A DNA stretch of 64,000 nucleotides, taken from a virus. Taxonomy: Duplodnaviria > Caudoviricetes. The translations under genes were made by a program, and so were the position numbers. Of the stretch, positions 63,101 to 64,000 are shown one piece after another; position 1 is the stretch's first letter; each line of letters begins with the position of its first letter. Below the pieces are notes generated by a model that worked only from the letters and a program-made list of their open reading frames with translations, had not been told where the DNA came from and made no database searches. The stretch is from positions 986 to 64,985 of IMG/VR virus record IMGVR_UViG_3300020578_000065; one strand, given 5' to 3'.

Positions 63101-64000
63101 GGCACTACTTCTAAGAATAACCTTACATTAGAAATTAACAATGTTAATAGTATAGGCGCTATTACTAGTGTAGTTGCATCAGGTACTGTACCAACTGATA
63201 AGGCAATTTATTACGTAGAAATTGATGGCTCAAATAAATTTAATCTATATCAAGATGCAGCATTAAACGAACCCGTAGATGTTTCAGCCTGGGTTTATAA
63301 TGGTATAGAGCAAACAACCGCAACAGCAACTACAACTGGAACTAATTATATAACTGTATCTGATAGTACAATATTTGAAGAGTATGACACTGTAAAATTC
63401 TCAGGTACAGTATTTGGCAATATAGAATTAGTCACTACATATTTTATCAAATCAATACCAAACAGTACAACAATAGTTGTAAGTGAAACGCAAGGTGGTA
63501 CAGCAGTAGCACTTGACACAGCCACTGGTACTATGACTGTAAGCAAGTTTGGTAGTATGATGCTACTACCAGAGCCATTCTATTTCCAAGCAAGTATCGT
63601 AAAGTATGACAATAAAGTATATCGTTGCTTAGTATCAAATAATGATCAAGAGTTTATATTTGGTAAATGGTTAGAAGTATATAGTGGTGACCAAGAACTT
63701 AACGCGCTTGATCGTGCTGTCGGATACTATCAACCTACTAGCAGTATGCCTGGATTAGATTTACCTCAGTTGTTTACTGGACTTGAATATCCTAATACAA
63801 CTTATTTAGGTCAGGCGTTTCAACCAAATACTGTATTACCATTAGATATTGAATTACAAGATGTTAAATTTGAGCCAAAAGATTTAAATTTAGTAACAGG
63901 TGTTTATCGTAATACAAAGTATATAATACCAACAAATACTTCACAATATTCTGGATTATCAAAAAACTTAACTGGTATTAAATTTAATGTTACAAAGGTA
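48179..64000 (+). CDS. Giant virion/baseplate protein (gp7-position), at least 5,274 aa, runs off the window (not in ORF track)
   Basis: ATG at 48179 (MARIRTLNFLPEIFHTPTNQQFLSATLDQ...). The frame is open in every stretch translated and still in frame at 64000. No terminated plus-strand ORF is listed here, consistent with one uninterrupted frame. It contains FG-GAP-like repeats and VKPYHVVIKEF. Confidence 0.88.
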   Translation, partial: MARIRTLNFLPEIFHTPTNQQFLSATLDQIVNNSDQRRIQGYVGSKFGYGINANDRYITEPTKIRTDYQLTPSIIFTKKDEMAAKDFITYPGLIDALKLQGGVTENNSKLFESQIYSWDPFIDLDKIINFNQYYWAPEGLPAVEIATNVVYNNTDYVVKSESNNYNIRSLETATGEENPTLTLLRGGTYRFIVDQDSGFFIQTQPGTSGTSATQPNRSTRLTQDNGVINNGARAGAVIFEVPQVTAQDNLVFTNQVDVDLVSNLNFQDINGKLLQDVENIDGVTDLEGRTILFYNNTTDEKAFTDGFFAESNYDINIGLINEADPDEIFNPSDNFASTTPLTIVVTNTLASTNRLIVDTTNLPQNDIKNVLQVNNVITFPNSVFGGINQYNGALNNVIYYVKEIIDANKFTISQSINGPEVTLTTASGSMNATVNQGLNEEGFYSFVNNYFYIVTYVENIDDPVNPIIRLKPYQLINENTQITALYGTEYIGLDFYKDLTGSIKEVPNITANLNTLYYQDASNPNKVGILRIIENNIGNNLNVETDILGKKNFQITVPNQQVVIFTNGLKVSFSGDVTPISYLEGEYYVQGVGTEKGIELIDLKETVTPEAYTFENPIPYDIFPWDIGAYSGSNSIPINKDYITIARNAINKNGWSRSNRWFHSSVIDATAKYNNNPEILNEYAVEKNKANRPIIEFYPNLKLFNQGTLGKTPVDFIDRRTSDAFSIVNGQVNYYPDVKIFTGYNATIQASPGYSGTDNVNSTDLIVGEIYEIVSVGTTDWIACGAESNTAGISFTASAIGAGTGTAKALSYTYALVPQSSVKTSQSDGSIIAATFTLTQYISDLGNYENPTPLSGILPTNAIISSISDITISSTKYFKLQISWAKNDPIESAYTNRSLIANPFLQDFDNTNYNLFNGARIIFAADTNAEVRDKIYVVNLSPITVGGKPIISLVEASDGAIKDNEQTVITRGYFNTGKTYRFTDENYGAWILAQFKYDTNQEPLFDVFDKIGQSLSNQEIYEGSNFAGSKLFAYAKGTGTDDPVLGFPLAYSSLTNVGDIKFDVAFNSQRFDYVNNLTNLPANEPINLGFVRNYETRSLFERLTGWVPAIAPSVQYQNFEFDFFSENPNRIFQIDVPVNDQKPDSWPVAFVYINNIPVEKSDYIYAVENGKTNFFIDVKSLTNTKVQIQVLSDKVSSSGYYSIPINLNNNPFNTDIKEVNIGDIRRQYTSIFYNNNTIKGEIFGNNNFQDLGDLIYWGDKIIQNSASLVAPGTFNRTENNNLFNALLYNSREYIKFKTLLVDTVNNTDYPQRYTPAVILDDALDQITSSKSQEQSFFWSDMVPSKSPFITNTYTIKNNIETSFYDLSKIYNYTKANYDGVLVYLQRKAGVINNVSQLMKDVDYTISTDSPSLTITKDLLKGDTIIINEYNQTYGSYVPNTPTKLGMYPATKPAVIYDKSYQNFTYFIVGHDGSYNKLYGNYDPVTNTLQDYRDQVLFEFENRVYNNLKLEGLISPVQQFDYIPGFFRSEVNNLTNLNYEQWISMYSLTFLDWIGQNRLNYKTQVFNRSSPWTYNYRDSLNKVNKSLVTQGDWRGLYQYFYDTTTPNTTPWEMLGYANKPNWWEERYGPAPYTSNNQQLWQDLEAGYDYGSPILDSKDLIIGKKYRIITLGTTDWNIVAGTSGVAYNVNDDITIVNQYLGTGTANSIITFAARPGLSEILPVNAAGQLLNPIECLLSNYDGNIFKRDWIIGDNAAVELSYRRSSSYPFDCLRIFALSNPAKFYNLCIDLDDYRYNIEFNQYLVDDRKHLIYDDIKIYGNGTAKTSYLNWIVDYQKQQGIKATQNIEDLLYNLDVRLTYRMAGFSDKTLLKFFVEKSNPSATNTSLLIPDASYQVLLYENQPSDKIIFTSVIIQKTKNGFKVYGNSQKNAYFTTLAPDINSQPLQIIVEGLEVNVYSSSLNEYEYVPYGTEFYNVQDVAQFMLNYGAYTISLGAKYETQLNGIEINWETMVAEFLYWAQIGWVIGATLNCNPAALSLEIDKESHVVQPLTLYKENFVLNQNLFPIQLSNLSIVRDGTNFKVTCLNEGEIVSYGEFNLSNMEHGIVFDNITEFQDIIYNLTTGVRQNRIYTIGSKSAEWNGFLYIAGFIYNQDNIKEWNKNTKYTKGNIVEYKNRYYSATKVIQPAESFQETEWIVTDYNEIQKGLLPNSATRSYESTLYYNSNNANLENEADLLSFSLIGFRPRSYMKAADLTDITQVNVFKNLIKNKGTKNAIDAFKGANLPQGGIQYDLYENWAILSGKFGGSLSENFIEIRLNENKMVGNPGTVSLTTGDFTPGMQQYVPLNKIFNYSQPITNVNVLPTKPYSPNMVYPDAGYVNFNDVKMSSYFYSDLPNAINKQGDVVPIENVYVRDYIWLADYLGSWKVCTPDILINNYNKSSPAPVIINLTTNPNGTATLTFNNAHGLEKFDLIIIINFDTSVNGYYTVSEIINPTQILINFVTTEGLIISGEGTCLKLINQRVSNPTKILNLPLLSSEFTQNTVWVDENDDGAWAVYRKSLNYKRVKELEIEGSTSYGYSVAYNDNFGYLVGDPGDVDNTDDITPGNVYRYTGPLDNLLLLETFNTGERSFGQTIAYNNNTIVISQPTATTDKKVFVYVYNSNNSLTEDLLLTQEIEPPTTVDSWGESLAISNDGNYIFILNNEDALSNNKEIYAYKRQNINLSAEYLTADETYIITSVGTTDFAAISTTTTTTENKVGQIFVATGAGTGTGTVTQISYKFAGIISDIDSTVGDNFGKSIACDYYADTIVVGAPNSDYTSLTTTKSDWGRAVVYNRISQNIEVQSNSVGENAQVFTLFVDPSPDTVTVNLLNTYSNNAMELSSTTDISVNDPIVFLGSGLAATNIITAKTYYVAELIAGNKIKIKTSRSTTDVSTLIEKLSIPEGTATATPQFLHVDVTVNGISVQDNNYALVDTTLYYSTYLNAGDIINISQNTFVKVQTLTSTNTPKTGVAFGTSVDITSFGTEIIVGAPFELQDGNEGGVYRFTDAGGEYGMIIGSEEVNLTTNQSILLNGYMVNLLDGSNAADVAQTINSAKITNVQAASTDQNKLIISLRNMSIAAANHELELTVSSIDTLNELGITIYPNTQLISCPHSETQTQFGSVVKFDESNNSFVASAPTGTRFAATTFDFIDDENQDNDTVFDNNATRWIDTFRNAGAVYMFDYIAKYDETVTEPGAYVYAQSVNSNSLSYGTQPLYGSALAFTDNTVLVGTPYYKPESVDGQVVIFDNTTGQTDWAVYRKSCDIVDINRINNIQLFSAETNNSLLNLDYIDPLAGKIFGAVRQNIDYVCNLDPASYNNISNNTNVIWGDNNVGKLWLDTSNMRFVNYHQNDPVYNATYWGTLFPGSDPAIYTWVVSVDPPTQYTGVGVPKDFNKFSIQTFIDQSGTVTLCYYFWVRFTNVIVPNSGKTLSDTVMESYLLNPLQSGISYFAPLLPNSYAIYNAQQSIKNTDTILHIGYKSTTSESIPHQEFNLVRSNFADDFLPGLPNTQYPHPTYLYDRMLDSMAGVDEEGSTVPNPYLPRAVQSGVLVRPRQSFFYNRYTALKNYIQYANTIMAQYPLVEIRPDATFFYKENKPIFDIVTGLLIVKDLTYNIVTLGNTTWSTIGATLVSAGDFVIGKTYIINTISNTDYTLIGANTNSVGVKFIATGTGNGNGTGTAYEITFTATANGNGDGTASTLTFDEGELYKTSDYVTRIDWWAEGFDNNTKPAFQVQLYSDLLRLENIDINTIARVIKGGNNTRETYIYVIETLDDNTQIERWKRIGLEKGTYEISKEIYDYDLGKYGYGGNFYDTDSFDDFPSNETRWIIRCLNEQIFTNELLIHRNKALILLFEYIVSETNESQNYLPWLNKTSLVDVKHTVRELLPTEKFRTDSDEFLSGYFNEVKPYHVVIKEFLLNYTKLDVYPGTLTDFDLPASYNTTQDEFITPQLVYGPLVQNNNNQFDKTSSEWQNDIYNEWYNNWGLMLSSSYQSPSYTDYLTENEKLEETIYSANYFMTTLQTYLPITSTTAIMKNVSGFPVTGTFRIEEELITYAGIDRARNLLTGLTRGVEGTTKTVHLPNSEVYMELPPIIVIDSGSQYNEFTPKVTAVVDELIYSAPRKPAVLQAVMALDKVINIEVLDPGSGFETKPEIVIEPSIKIVFNSTAVDNNTNTISISGFTLKTGDSIKYIAGFITVDATNIVPSQIYTIQTIGTTNFTLMGAPNNLVGTKFIATRVGTGTGTLKQSVPIDYLVDNQWYYVRLIDNIPNPIVALYASYAEAVQDKNKIPIQVSTTNVENQLWLGARALAVTTAQPVRENIVSIKFDRNSFDSKVTDWAKDRFYGSFFAGDYESQSASSWSLKLQSTQPDINSVLTSSQGFVFPIYNATRESEVIQSTFERSVESFIGSTITLKLNAPLSSTTSGSTIGFYVGMPIKFNGNISITGLQNNTYYYVKTILNETDFTISAEPNGTVISFPINLIPTATVACYTGDVVYGTQITTNYDGIRKVTKSSSTNNAYTIPVTALGTGGTQHMYIGAPVMFTLDLFGGVRQNQVYYVTTVIDSENFTISENSTPSTYSLLSASSTTNEIQLNVVSGLNIGDPIIVNSMSIDGVSVLDFGNIIAGTVYYIYDIDVLNSVIKLTTVKNGTTELSLDDVSEGTGTSALLTSQVDVVQLDNYTNGDMTMNLGLPVSPGQVNGQAFTFYETGAVYGPLEPDLLLNVIQRNIVQSVDTSDILAFSELGAGLTDVYVNMPFTLNKNIGGLIKNDVYYVKSQNTINVSCSSSGSGTIINCTSTSLIYDKMPIVFQPDPNGAEPKVFGTIIQGQTYYVRTIGIAPYTSFRIANYPNGTPINIGNDSGNMLGIGPDYITVSSTLGGSTLTLSSQALNVVLTQHTDFETDTPTFTVQSFLGGYSVQIVNPGSGFTIGNKLIIYGEYIGGTTSKNNLTLEINNVNSIGAITSVVASGTVPTDKAIYYVEIDGSNKFNLYQDAALNEPVDVSAWVYNGIEQTTATATTTGTNYITVSDSTIFEEYDTVKFSGTVFGNIELVTTYFIKSIPNSTTIVVSETQGGTAVALDTATGTMTVSKFGSMMLLPEPFYFQASIVKYDNKVYRCLVSNNDQEFIFGKWLEVYSGDQELNALDRAVGYYQPTSSMPGLDLPQLFTGLEYPNTTYLGQAFQPNTVLPLDIELQDVKFEPKDLNLVTGVYRNTKYIIPTNTSQYSGLSKNLTGIKFNVTKV

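Noticed and set aside
1-64000. CRISPR array, tRNA genes, integrase/transposase, reverse transcriptase
   Set aside because: No regularly spaced repeats, cloverleaf with T-loop motif, or catalytic motifs of these enzymes were seen by eye.
1-64000. Stop-codon reassignment as in some jumbo phages
   Set aside because: Core genes (gp20, gp23, gp46, clpA, gp6) are full length in the standard code and coding density is high.
48178-64000. Apparent 16-kb gene desert with only short minus-strand ORFs
   Set aside because: An artefact of the ORF caller: one plus-strand frame lacks a stop inside the window.

Overview
This window is from a large AT-rich, T4-related (jumbo-type) myophage genome read in the standard genetic code. 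The left part (mostly minus strand) carries a partial cytochrome c5 gene missed by the ORF track, a GT-A glycosyltransferase, an 885-aa protein with three different nucleotidyltransferase folds, ClpA, DnaJ, PhoH, a clamp loader, GroES and a stand-alone DnaE fragment. Virion fibre/Ig proteins, the head module (gp23, gp22, gp21, gp20) and a tape-measure-like protein follow. The centre holds a gp26-like chaperone gene with a probable -1 programmed frameshift, a ~400-nt highly structured non-coding region, an Hjc-type resolvase, gp46, gp47 and the gp55 late sigma factor. The right part (plus strand) is the baseplate module and a >5,270-codon virion ORF that runs off the window end and contains nested repeat modules. 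The strongest leads are the candidate pseudoknotted ncRNA, the phage-encoded cytochrome c5, the triple-NTase protein, the frameshift, the nested modules and recurrent leaderless promoter-ATG spacing. All family calls come from motif recognition by eye, with no database searches.
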